NCBI GenBank assembly: GCA_032718475.1
Contig: JAUCBJ010003349.1
Span: 1-64,000, forward strand
Source of the DNA: Nemertoderma westbladi
Taxonomy: Eukaryota > Animalia > Xenacoelomorpha
DNA length: 64,000 nucleotides
Direction: 5' to 3'
Below are positions 1 through 11,625 of the stretch, one piece after another. The notes beneath the pieces are model-generated. The model searched no databases and was not told where the DNA came from. It saw nothing but the letters and a program-made list of their open reading frames with translations. A program made the translations under genes and the position numbers. Within the stretch, counting starts at the first letter, position 1; each line of letters starts with the position of its first letter.

Positions 1-1313
1 ACAGCGACGAGGTGGAACGCGTCGGTAACCAACAGCACCTCTGACGGGACAGCGAGCTGATTACGCTGTCGCCACAACTCAATGACGACGGGATTCTAGT
101 AATGAATTCTAGGGTGGGATACAACAATAGCATAGTCGTACCACCGAAACCCATCATCATTCCCACGGGATCGCCAATAGTCCACCAGATTATCTGGGAC
201 TCCCATAAGTCGATATTGCACGGGGGCACCAACCGAACCCTCACAGAGATAAGGAGGACCTATTGGGTCAAACAATTAAGGAAGAAGGTTAAAGCGGTAG
301 TGGGGCAGTGCCAGACCTGCCGACGAGCGAAGAAGGAGCGAGCCGTACAGGAGATGGCGCCACTACCGGCGAGTAGGGTAAGACAGCACGACCCGCCCTT
401 TACGCATTGCGGTGTGGACATGTTCGGGCCGATAAAGATCAAAGTGATGCGACACACGGAGAAACGCTATGGCATCATCTTCGTATGCAACAACACACGG
501 GCGGTAGGGATAGAACTCGCCCAAGATGCAACTGCATCAGCATTCATTAATGCCTTAGAAAGGTTTAGGGACCGCAAAGGTGGGACGATCGCAGTGATAT
601 ACAGCGACAACGGCACCAACTTTGTGGGCGCAGAGAGTGAGATGGCAGAGGCCTTGAACATCTTGGAGGGAGAAGAAGTCAGGGCAGCCATGAGGTGACG
701 ACAAGTAAAGTGGGAGAGAAGGACGCCGTATGCACCACATACACTAGGGTGTGTCGAGAGACTGGTGGGCAGTTCAAAGCGTCTAATGACGAAGCTAATG
801 AACACCCACATGGTCACTGAGGACGTTTTACGGACAGTACTTGCGAAGTGCGAGGGGATCATTAATAGCAGACCGCTATATCCGGAGAATGATGACCCTG
901 AGTCGTTAGACGTGCTGACGCCTAGCCATTTCCTGATGGAAAGGCCAGCGACCATCGATATGCTGGGTGTAGACCCAGATGACATACACTCCCGCCAAAG
1001 TTGGAAAGTCGCTAAAGCAATAAGCGCAGAGTATTGGAGGAGGTGGGTAGAAGAATACCTACCCACGCTCCATAAGCGAAGCAAGTGGAGGAAGCCGAAC
1101 AGGGAGTTAAGAGTAGGAGATCTCGTAATCATTACGGATGATACTATCATCAACAACCAGTGGCGGTTGGCGAGAGTTGTAGGCACCTACTCCGATGAGG
1201 ACGGAAGAGTCCGATCGGTAGAAGTGCGGATAGGTGGTAAGATAGGTGCGAAGGACAGGAAAACCTACAGGAGAGCAGTAGGCAAATGCTGTCTGCTAGA
1301 AGGAGCACCTTAA
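1..1313 (+). pseudogene. pol: BEL/Pao pol C-terminus (integrase HHCC zinc finger, DDE core, DUF5641-like tail) with an in-frame stop at 696-698
   Basis: Motifs HKSILHGG..YWV..CQTC, PFTHCGVDMFGP, IYSDNGTNFVGA, INSRPL, LTPSHFL, WRRWVEEYLPTL, WRLARV and DGRVRSVEV. ORFs 102-698 and 765-1313 are in the same frame, separated by one TGA. Confidence 0.9.
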
Positions 1314-1368
1314 CTTGGAGTTAGAGTAGAGTTTAGTCGTCCAAGATTTGGACTGAGGGGGGTGGGAT

Positions 1369-3681
1369 TGAGGGCGAGACGCCCTTTCCCACACAAATAA
1401 AATAAAAACAAAATAAAAATAATAAGTACACAGTAGGTACGCAGTTAGTAGGCAGAAGTTAGTTAAGAGGTACGTAGTACCTAGTTAGTTGGTTAGTTAG
1501 GAGGTATGTAGTACCGATAGTTAGTTAGAGAGTTAGAGGGTACGTAGTAACGATAGTTAGTTAGTTAGTTAGGAGGTACGTAGTACCGATAGTTAGTTAG
1601 AGAGTTAGAGGTACGTAAGTACCGCTAGTTAGTTAGAGAGTTAGAGGGTACGTAAGTACCGTTAGTTAGTTAGAGAGTTAGAGGGTACGTAATACCGTTA
1701 GAGAAGAGTTAGAGTTAGGGTACGTAGTACCGTTAGTTAGAGAAGAGTTAGAGGGTACGTAGTACCGTTAGTTAGAGGAGAGTTAGAGGGTACGAAGTAC
1801 CGTTAGTTAGTTAGAGAGTTAGAGGGTACGTAGTACCGTTAGAGAAGAGTTAGAGTTAGGGTACGTAGTACCGTTAGTTAGAGAAGAGTTAGAGGGTACG
1901 TAGTACCGTTAGTTAGAGGAGAGTTAGAGGGTACGTAGTACCGTTAGTTAGAGAAGAGTTAGAGTTAGGGTACGTAGTACCGTTAGTTAGAGAAGAGTTA
2001 GAGGGTACGTAGTACCGTTAGTTAGAGGAGAGTTAGAGGGTACGTAGTACCGTTAGTTAGAGAAGAGTTAGAGTTAGAGGGTACGTAGTACCGTTAGTTA
2101 GAGAGAGAGAGAGTAAGAGGTAGAAGGGTATGTAAGATATAGATATTAGTTAGCAGTTAGTAGCGTTAGTAGCGAGAGGGGGGCATATGAGTACAGCTGG
2201 GTAAATCGTGTGGCCACGCGACACACACTGCTGTACCGCATAGGCCCACAGAGTAGGCCAGAATGTGGATTAGGGAATAGAATAATCAATAGGAAGCAGT
2301 AGGGTAGTAGGATTGAAATTAAATCAAGAAAGCAGAAAGCGGATCCCAGAGGAGCGGTGGTGACCAAGAAACGACCCAGGGAAGAGGACGCCAGGGGGAA
2401 CTATCCTCAGAGGAACAGATAGGTTCCCAGGGCCGGGGGAGAGAAACTGGGACTTGGACGTGGTACGCCTGGAAGGCGCCGCGTGGGACGTACGAACTAT
2501 TAAGTACAAATCTAATTAATGCAAATAATCATATAAGTGCAATTTGTATGTACGTACGTAGTGATTAATAATCTAGAATATATACGCTCGAAGTAAGTAC
2601 TATAGTCATACAACCTTTCTCAATTAGCTACTGGGACTGGGGGGTAAACTGACTATGGCACTATGGATGAGACACCAGACAATTTCACACTTCTTGAGTG
2701 CGACGGCACGAGAGGGGGGGGAGATTTGTCAGAAGGGATGAGGTAGTCAGAGTGGGGTTGAGGGACGGAGTAATGGAGCGAAGTGCAGAGAGAGTGCGGA
2801 CGCAATTCTAGTGTGTGGGGGGGGGGGGAGAATAAGAGGCTGAGTGAGGGACGAGGAGGTCCGAGTGTATGAGAGAGTTAGGATGAGAGTGAAGAAGAGA
2901 TAGGGCGGAAGTGTTGGGGAAACAAAAGTTGCGTGAGAGGTGAGCGCGATCGGCCCGACATGAGACGCCAGGCACACAGGGTAGCGTTATCATACCCATG
3001 GGGAGTGGCCTGGAAAGCCAGCTCCGAAAGAAAAGGATTCCACCCCACACCCGATACTAGATCGGGATCCAGCGGGATTGTAGCGCACTTTTTTGGTTGA
3101 TGCTATCTTCTTACCGGGAAGATAGCATGGGGGGGAGTGTTAGCTTATCCAATCCCGCTAACACCCCACAAAGTTGTAAGCCGATAAGCAATATTGGGAG
3201 CCACGAGATTGGGTAATTAACCAACTCGTGCCATCCCAATGAGAATGGGAAGGAGAAGCACACAATGAGGGTCAGGGGCCAAACCCCTAACCCAGAGAGA
3301 ATAGGTGGAGTGAACGGGAACACTCCAAAGGGCGCCAACAAGGGTATCAACCAATCAGTGGGGGGAAAGGCATCGATTAGGTAGAGTAACAAGGCCAACC
3401 GTGCAATATAGCCACTTGGCAGTAATCATACCAGTTCAGTTATCTCAGTGCAATACCGGTGCTAGATTAGGTTACAATAGTTTAGCTAGGGAAGGACCGG
3501 GACTTTAGTTACCGTATCCCGCCTTCCGTATACGACAATATATATCATACCTATATCTATATCTATATCTGCATATCATATTATATACAACAAACAGCAC
3601 AAACTCATTTACTCTTTATACACGGCGGGGACGCGTGAACTAAAACCGGATAAACCGGGATTCCTCTTGGATCCCGTCACA
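1369..3681 (+). repeat. Putative long (~2.3 kb) 3' LTR of the BEL element
   Basis: Starts with TG right after the PPT and ends with CA where composition shifts to host-like DNA. The right boundary is not confirmed. Confidence 0.55.
1440..2112. repeat. Variable ~30-40 bp minisatellite inside the LTR (GAGGGTACGTAGTACCGTTAGTTAGAGAAGAGTTA-like)
   Basis: Directly visible tandem units, each with a GGTAC-GTA-GTACC hairpin. Confidence 0.9.
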
Positions 3682-3742
3682 TATATACCTTAAAGTCGAG
3701 TTCAATTTTCCCTGCCTTTTCTCTGACATTTATTTTGAAAAA

Positions 3743-3850
3743 TGCCCCCCCACCCAAAAAAATTTCTACAAATCTAAATGAGATTGCATGAAATTTGAAA
3801 CAGTGATAGTTTCACTCAACTCCCCCTTTGTGGGTAAGTCAGAATTTTAT
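3743..3850. repeat. Dispersed repeat fragment, second copy at ~33662-33778
   Basis: Shared ATGAGATTGCATGAAATTTGAAA...GATAGTTTCAC...CAGAATTTT. Confidence 0.7.
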
Positions 3851-5523
3851 TTATTTTTTTTTTTTATTAAGCCATGGTAGTGGCACTTCAAGTAACGTAA
3901 AACCAATCATAATTATTATTAAAACATACCGATGATACACACATTAAATAAAATAATTTAAAATGGTCATTCAGATGGAATTCAGTTTATTTACCCCAAT
4001 AGGATAGAGATTCTTTGTTTTCCCTGCATTCAGCTAAGTGGTATAAGGTGGAAGCTGATTCCTGGCAGAGTTTACAGATGCATCTGTCAGTGGGTTTATG
4101 GTATACAGATGTAGTACAAATACGGTGAGAAACCCATGGGCTGAAAAACGTGTGGTTAAATGTCTTGTGCTGCAGTTTGCCTCCTTCCATATATTGTTCG
4201 AAAATACTTGTGCAGCCCAAAATTCAGATGGAATTTCGGCGAGTTTTCTTATAATTGTGTCATAATACTTCCGGTATTCATTTGTTTCTTGAAGATTTAG
4301 GTGTTTCATTAGGCTGATCGATAAAGGTTCCTCATTGCACATCGCTAAGACTATCCGGTTTTGAGTTGATTTATGTAAACATAGAGCACGTTTGAGATAC
4401 GATGACTTTATTTTGTCGAGTGAGTGTAGGTTAGAAGCGGATAGCAGTGGCCAAATGATTTTCAAACTGTAAGTAACGATTGGTAAGATTTTAATTTTAA
4501 ATAATTTCAGTGCTGTAGTAAAAGATAGATTCTTTGGATTTTTGATCGAGTGAACCGATGAAATAGCTTTGGCTACCGTCTTAAGAATGTGTCGAGTAAA
4601 TGACAATGTTGGTTGAAATACAACGCCCAGGTAAGTATATGAGTTCGTAATTCTGACGGGATCACCATTGTATATAAATTTGTCTGCACCAGATAACCTT
4701 CCTCCCCTTCTAAACTTTATTATTTCTGTTTTCTTCAGGTTAACTTGGAGGCCGTTTATGTGTGCCCATTGGCAGGTCGCGTCTAAGGCTGCCTGAAGGT
4801 TTTCTCGCGAATCGGAATATAATAGAAGATCATCCGCAAATAAATAAATTACAACTGCAATGGTTACCCTTTTGATAAATAAAATTAAGTCCAATATATA
4901 TAAAATAAATAAAAATGGGCTGAGTGTGTCGCCTTGTAGAACCCCTTGCATCTGGCTAATAATTTTTGATTTTCGAAGGCCATCAAATATTTCGATATAA
5001 TTTTTACTCAGAATCGCTTTAATTAATTTCAGTAGGCGCCCATTCACCTTGAATAAAAATTATAGTTTTTATAAAAGTCGCGATCTCGGGACTGAGTCGA
5101 ATGCCTTCCTGAAATCAATGAAGTCAGCGTAAAGAGGCCGCTTAGGTTCCGAAAGATTAAATTTGATTCTATTTATTAGTTCTTGTAGCGGTTGTTGAGT
5201 GGACCGTCCGGGCATAAAGCCAAATTGTTCCGGTGGAATTTTCCGGTTCAAAAATTCGCGCAGTTTTTCGTCACTAATCCTGTTACTATTTTGTAAGGGT
5301 TACACAGTAGCGATATACCCCGATAACAATCCGTGTCGTCCCAAGAACCTTTGCCCTTGAACAGAACTTTCATAAGGCTATTTTTCCATACAGTTACTAG
5401 GCGCCCTGTCGCTAGACACATATTAAATAAGAGTAGCCAGAGATGAACAGTTAAGGAAACTGAAGATTTCAATGTTTCATAAGGTAATCCATCGGGACCT
5501 CCCGCTTCGCCTATTGAAGGCAT
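3845..5523 (-). mobile_element. 5'-truncated non-LTR retrotransposon (RT plus C-terminal Cys/His knuckle, poly(A) tail), frameshifted
   Basis: Motifs GPDGLPYE, YRGISLL, EQFGFMPGRST, FIDFRKAFDSV, GVLQGDTLSPFLF, LFADDLLL, YTYLGV and CKLC..HLAEC across ORFs 5248-5523, 5069-5251, 4034-5047 and 3987-4220. The T-run at 3845-3868 is the poly(A) tail with AATAAA on the minus strand. Confidence 0.9.
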
Positions 5524-5743
5524 TGGTAGTTATAAAGTACTGGTGGGTGGGAAGGGTAGAGGGGGGCGGGTGCAGATTAAAAGGGGTGAACACGTACTGT
5601 TCCCCTTTCTTTAATTGATTGGTGGTGTGGGTAAATTTCTCAAAACCTGATTTTGTGATACAGTCGCTCAATTTTAATCTGTATCTGATAACTGAGCCTC
5701 GTCCTGCGCGATGGCCCCACGAACGTGTATGTATACTACTATA

Positions 5744-5892
5744 CCTTACCCGTTTTGTCAAGTACATATATTTATTTACCATGCCCGTATTGGCAAGTAC
5801 AAATATCTACCTTGCCCGTATTGGCAAGTACAAATATCTACCTTGCCCGTATTGGCAAGTACATATTTATTTCCTTGCCCGTTTCGGCATGC
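5744..5892. repeat. 31-bp minisatellite (CTTGCCCGTATTGGCAAGTACAAATATCTAC), about 5 degenerate copies
   Basis: Visible tandem units, each with a CTTGCC/GGCAAG inverted pair. Confidence 0.85.
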
Positions 5893-6929
5893 ACATATTG
5901 CCTTTTTGAAAAGGAAAAATTTCTAATTTTTAAATACCGTACACTACCAGTACTTATAGTACTACTGTACATCATTATTACTGGTATCCCCTCAGTACCA
6001 TGAGGCAGGGCGGATTTGGGATTGCTGTCATGTTTTGGTATTATTAAATGCGGATGAATTTACCTCTATTTATGAATTAAGGTTTTACCTATATTTATGA
6101 GCAAGTAGAGCAGTAGAGAGCATGACATTGGTTCATTTAACACATTCTGACATTACTCTTTGAGACTATTATTATGAAATCTTTAGTAAATGTGATCTAC
6201 TGGGTGTGGATGTCTTCCAAATGTGTGCAAAGGAATGGCCATAAAGGATGAAGGAATAATATTGTAAGCAAAGCAGGAGGGGCTGAGGGGATGTTTTTGA
6301 TGGAAATAAACAAACTCTGATTAAAAGTAAATGTTTGTAGTTTAGGTAGTGTGTACCAATAGGTTATCCCATTTAGGGAAATGACCAGTTTACAACGAAT
6401 GGATTACAGAATGGATTTTCTAACAAAAACAATGATTTCCTTTATTTATTCAATAAACAATATTAAACATTTAACATTAATAGGAAATTAATCGAAAAAT
6501 CGCCCAGTGTTTCTTCCGGGAACACCAGAATACTAATGTATAACCAAGAATATTAGGCCTATTAGGCCTATCAGTGAAATATTAACTCGATAATGAAACA
6601 AGTAAAAATTACAATTACAATTAATTACATATGTATGTATGTATATATATATGTATATTGCTGTTATGTATGTACCAGCTTTGATGTACTTCTACCTGTC
6701 TACTGCTTTTAGAAATAGCCTAAGACAAGAGAGTAAGATTCTAAAATCAGGTACCGGTACGGTACCTCAAATGCGATAGTTTTGTATTCAATAATATTAG
6801 CCGATATATTTTGAATCATAGCACTTAATACAGCCTAATATTATTCATTATTATTAACATTAAAACAGGAAATTGAAGGTCTAAAATAAAATAATTAAAT
6901 AAAATCCATGACTGCAAGATATTGTATAA

Positions 6930-7130
6930 TTTACCTATAGGCAAATTTGTGATTTCCCTATAGGGAAATATAAACTTCCCTGTAGGGAAATAAATAAGTT
7001 TCCCTATTGGGCTAATTTCCCAGACTATACAGTACATTGACATATCCCGATCGGGATATATTACCTTATAAGTGTATATCCCGATCGGCATATATTTATT
7101 TATTCCGATCGGGATAGGGAACCCTACTGA
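6930..7130. repeat. Cluster of short palindromes (TTCCCTATAGGGAA, ATCCCGATCGGGAT)
   Basis: About 7 related CCC-N4-GGG palindromes within 200 bp. Confidence 0.7.
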
Positions 7131-7693
7131 CAATAATCAGATAATTGCAAGTTTTTAGAAAACTAAACTGCGAAACACAAACCAGTGTTGTAGAGTACAG
7201 GAGTAGGGTAGCGATAGGCCCTATTGGAAAGTTTTATTTCGGCACAGGGTGCCAAAAATCCTGCGCCGGCTCTGAGCAAAACCATGCCGGACCAACAATA
7301 TTAGAGCACAGCACACTGTGCCAATTCCCTGGCTACAGGATGATACAGAGCACACAGCACAGCTGCACAGAGGCAACACAGCACTTTAACAATACTGTCT
7401 GACTGTACGTGTAGGCCATTCTGCTAAGTAAAGCATGTACGCTGAACGCGTTCGGCTCACAATTTTTTGTAATAAACAAAAACACAATTTTGCAATAATC
7501 CCAATGTATATGGAAAAAATATATTGATATATATGTTCTCTGCATACTCTGTTTGTTATAAACATACATTAATTGTGTCAAGAATATATTTTTACATGTC
7601 AATGACAATTTGTATCTTAGTCTAAATTAACTATTTGAACGATTGTTATATATATTATTATTATTTTAAAGATTTATAATATTATTCCTTGCA

Positions 7694-8779
7694 ATGAAGG
7701 ATGTGAAAGGTATAATGCGAAGTTATTGTAAAGATTGTACAGAGGCTGAGTGCAACGAGTATTTAACTCCTGGAGACCTAAATGTTGCGCAAAATTGCAC
7801 ATATTGTCAGTGTCCCCCAACTAAACATTTCACGGAACTGGACGGACGTGTAAACAGTCCTTTGCCTTTGTCGGAGATTTCTATATCCCAATCAGTCAAT
7901 CCCATATCACCCCCTGTGGATTCAAGTACACCGATGATACAAGATCGCCAATGTGACCAGGAAGAAAGTCATCCTCCAAAAAAAGCTTGCCTTTTTCCAG
8001 TAACCAGTTCTGAAAGTAGCATTACACTGGAAGCATATCTTGAAGTATCAGTAGAGGGGAAAGAATTACTGAAGAGGAGAAGGTCTGCTCTTGGTGAGCA
8101 ACAGCGAAATGCTTTAGTTGCTATAGTCATTGATCGTTTTATAAAGTCAGATGTCAATATAACATTCGATAAATTTGCAGTCGCAGAAGCTGAAATATCG
8201 TCTTTATTTGCAGGCGAACACACAGAAAAATACTTTTATAAAAAAGTTGTTTCAAAGAAGAATGCACATAACGAGAAGGTATATTCGACATCAACACCAT
8301 GTGGAAAGCTCTACAATAGGTACCGGTACCTTACTGTTAAAAAGAAAGTCAAAAATATCAATAAAGATGCTTCACCAGTGGCACATGATGCTCAAGGTTC
8401 TCAAATGGCTGGGCCACATACCATCAGCAAGCATGATTTTACCTCTTATTATAACCTTTCTGAATTAAAACGGGAAACTGAAGATGATATTAACTTCCTG
8501 CTGTACAATGGGTATACTAAACAGAAACATGAAAACGCTGCACTCTACCTCATTATTGGGTTTCATAAATCCACCGTCAACATTCAAGCATTTCCTTATC
8601 TAATGGATAACAACAATATCTATGAATGTATTACTAGTGATTTTGGTCACGTATTGAGGCTGAAGGGGTTTGGATCTGTAAATCCTAACGCACTTTTTGA
8701 CAAGTCATTTGTTGATATTTGTCGCCGATTGCTAATGTTGGTCCATGTTGATTTGGCTGGAAAAACAGATGATGGAATT
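7694..8779 (+). pseudogene. 5' part of an uncharacterised 508-aa protein (N-terminal Cys/His zinc-finger-like cluster), resembling accessory ORFs of animal CMC/EnSpm-type transposons; split by the Mutator insertion
   Basis: The ORF is open up to the TSD GATGGAATT (8771-8779) and joins in frame to 23085-23525 (…GKTDDGI|IKRGLF…). It carries CxxC..C..CxxCxC..H at the N-terminus and a GKLYNRY motif. Confidence 0.7.
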
Positions 8780-8900
8780 GGTAAACGGACAGGTTGTATC
8801 CAGACAAGTTGTATCCAGACAAGTTGTATCCAATTTCCTATTCTTAGCTTACAAAAGGACATTTTGTATCCCGATTTTCGGACATGTTGTATCCAACTTA
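8780..8900 (+). repeat. MULE left TIR built from 15-bp units (ACAAGTTGTATCCAG)
   Basis: Inverted match to ~22928-23075. Confidence 0.85.
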
Positions 8901-9261
8901 TTTACGTTGTAAATTAACTGTAATTCTATCCTATTGAATAATATAATTAACTAGGCGATCCATAATCATAATACTGTACATTATACGATTAATTAGTTCA
9001 GAGCATTTCTTTCTTTCTCCAATCAGGATTTCTCACTTTAATAGCATTGTGTAATGGAGGTCAAACAAATGACACTGCATCATGAATATGTAGAGGAGGT
9101 CAAACAAATGACACTGCATCATGAATATGAACTGTAAATCCATGTAGTAACAGTTTAATATTTTAGCGATCTCGATTATATGTTCAATTTGTAAATTACA
9201 TTTTAATTAATTAATTTTTAGTTATTGTACCAATACATTCTTCCTTGTATCAAAAAACTCC

Positions 9262-10539
9262 ATGGTCGTGTATCAAAAAACTATACACGGTAATTCTAAA
9301 CTTTGCCATGATGGCAAAATGTATTCCAAACGGAAAACCAACAAGGATGGGTCTGAAATGTGGGTTTGTACCAAACGACCCCACTGTATTGGTTCCGTAA
9401 AGACATTGACTCCACACTCAACCGAAGTCATTACTAGTAATCCCCATAACTGTATCGATTCTCCGATTGTGGAATTGTCAGCATTCCGACAGAGAATAGC
9501 GGACCAGGCCTCATCATCCCATACCAAACCCACCCAAATCTATTGTTCCTCACTTCGGGATCTTGATTCAAAGTTGCACACCAGTTTGCCGCAACTTTCA
9601 TCACTGCTGCGGCAGATACGTCGTGTAAGATCACGCCACCTTCCCCCGGATCCGAAATCACTAAAGGAACTATCATTCCATGGTGACTCCATCATAGATT
9701 TTATAACTTCAGATAATGGAGGAAAGTTCCTCCAATATGACAATGGTGTCAATGCTGATGAGAGAATTGTGGTATTCTGGACTGATGAATCTATGAATTT
9801 CTACGTAGTTTGTCAGAATGGGAAGTTGATGGCACATTTGCAATCGCTCCCAAACCATTTTACCAGTTATATATAGTCTGTGCCAAGGTGTACACTCGTA
9901 TGCTGCCACTGCTTTATGCATTTCTCGAACGCAAAACAGAAACTACTTACTCGGAGTTATTCAATGTTATCACCATGCAAGGGGCTTCACCTTCGGTTGT
10001 CCACGTGGACTTTGAGAAGGCGGCACACAATGCAATCATTGCGGCTTTCGGCGACAGTGTGACGTTTGTTTTCTGTTACTTCCATCTCCGGCAAGCAATT
10101 AACAAGCGCATTCAAGAGCTTAGATTGAAATCTCACTATCAGTCCAATTTGGAGTTTAGGTTATGGGCCTCCAAGATTTCTTCACTTGCTTTGCTGCCAA
10201 CAGATAAAGTGAAAGATGGGTTCCGCATAATACAAGACATTGCCCCCCGGGACGGCGCCGAACTGTTAACCTACTTCGACCGAACCTTTCTGAGTGGACC
10301 TCGACGTATTCGTAGCGACAGCAATGGCCTTGTCTCGAAGAAACGTTCTGCGAGACCCTTATTTGCTGTTGAGAAGTGGAATGTTCATGCAGCCACATTA
10401 AATGACTTTGACAGAACTAACAATGCTTCAGAGGCTGTTAATCGTGATATTTCTACCATTATAGGAAGTAAGCACCCTATTGTGTGGAAACTTATTGATG
10501 CTCTAAAAGCGAAAGATGCTGATGTCCAATGTCAACTTG
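9262..10539 (+). pseudogene. MULE transposase, 5' part (FLYWCH zinc finger plus DDE domain); frameshift near 9800 and LTR insertion at 10540
   Basis: Motifs WVCTKRPHC..PHNC, DGTFAIAPKPFYQLY, PLLYAFL, HVDFEKA, CYFHLRQA and RTNNASEA. Confidence 0.9.
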
Positions 10540-11625
10540 TGTTCGCCCTTTCAGACCTTTGGCAGTTTAACCCGCCAAATTAGGATGTTTTCTAGATAAT
10601 AAATCGCTTTTAGCCTCTGACAAGTATTTGATTCACTACACTAGTTGAAACCAATCCGTGCGCGATCATTCACCCGCTGGATATACCCGGGAGATTGACT
10701 TCGACGGCTTAATCTTATTGCTATGTAAGCCTAATGTATTATTCGACTGACAGTATTATATAATCTCTGACAATATTATTCACCTTCGGGGAATATTAAC
10801 AGTTCCCTTTGGACGTGGCGCTCTATCTATATAAACAGAGCTATGACTTAAACTACATGCAACTATATGGCTCAGTTATAATTCACATATATGGCGCATT
10901 CTTTAGGAAATGACTTTCTAGACTTTAACATAAGTCACAATCGTTATATGTAACCTGTCTCTCTTACCTTCGGTATATCAAGAATATTGGGTTTTCGGGG
11001 TTATTTCTCGTTATTCCAAATATAATATTTAATCAACCATATAATGAAGAACCGACAGTAAATAGCAGTATAACAGTATAAAAGAATGATAAGTTAAGTT
11101 TGAGAGTTGATGTGATGGTGTGATCAGATTTGTTATGAGTTTTGATGAGATAACGGATATATGTCCTTATAATTAAGCCTACTAGTGTTAGGCTAAAAGC
11201 AGAAAAACACAAATATTCCAAAAGCCGTTCTTTCCTGGCTCAGGACAGAATGATAACACTGCCCATAATGCATTGCGTGATTTCTCGGAAATTTCTGTAC
11301 AAGAGCCGTAAAAACGCTCTGATTGGTTGACTAAACTAAGAGATGCCGTAGAACAAAGAAAATCGACACGTATGAATATCAGCTGTTAACCGTCGTCATA
11401 GTAACTACTGTTCAAGAGTATCTAGCCCCTTTTGCGTCACGGAATTGCCATAGAATCACCAACCATGTCTTCCAAAGTACACATACGGAAGAAATAGCTC
11501 TTAGGTCCTCTAAAAAACACCGATACAGCAATAATACGGCCTCTTACGCCTACTAAACCAACTACAGAGTATTTTACGGGAAAAATAAGGAAAAATAACC
11601 GGGCAATTCCGCAAAAGCTTTTACA
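10540..11625 (-). repeat. 3' LTR of the nested BEL element
   Basis: Nearly identical to 21354-22574 apart from a ~145-bp indel. Confidence 0.95.

Larger units (their letters stand above)
1..3681 (+). mobile_element. BEL/Pao LTR retrotransposon, 3' part (integrase, PPT, putative 3' LTR); the 5' part lies outside the window
   Basis: BEL-type integrase ORF, then purine tract GAGGGGGGTGGGA (1355-1367) directly before TG at 1369. The right end at ...CCCGTCACA (3681) is inferred, because no second LTR is available for comparison. Confidence 0.8.

Noticed and set aside
696-698. Programmed stop-codon readthrough in the BEL integrase
   Set aside because: The stop lies mid-catalytic-core, where readthrough is not expected; a simple point mutation such as CGA>TGA is more likely.
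467-1186. 239-aa minus-strand ORF
   Set aside because: It is the antisense shadow of the BEL integrase.
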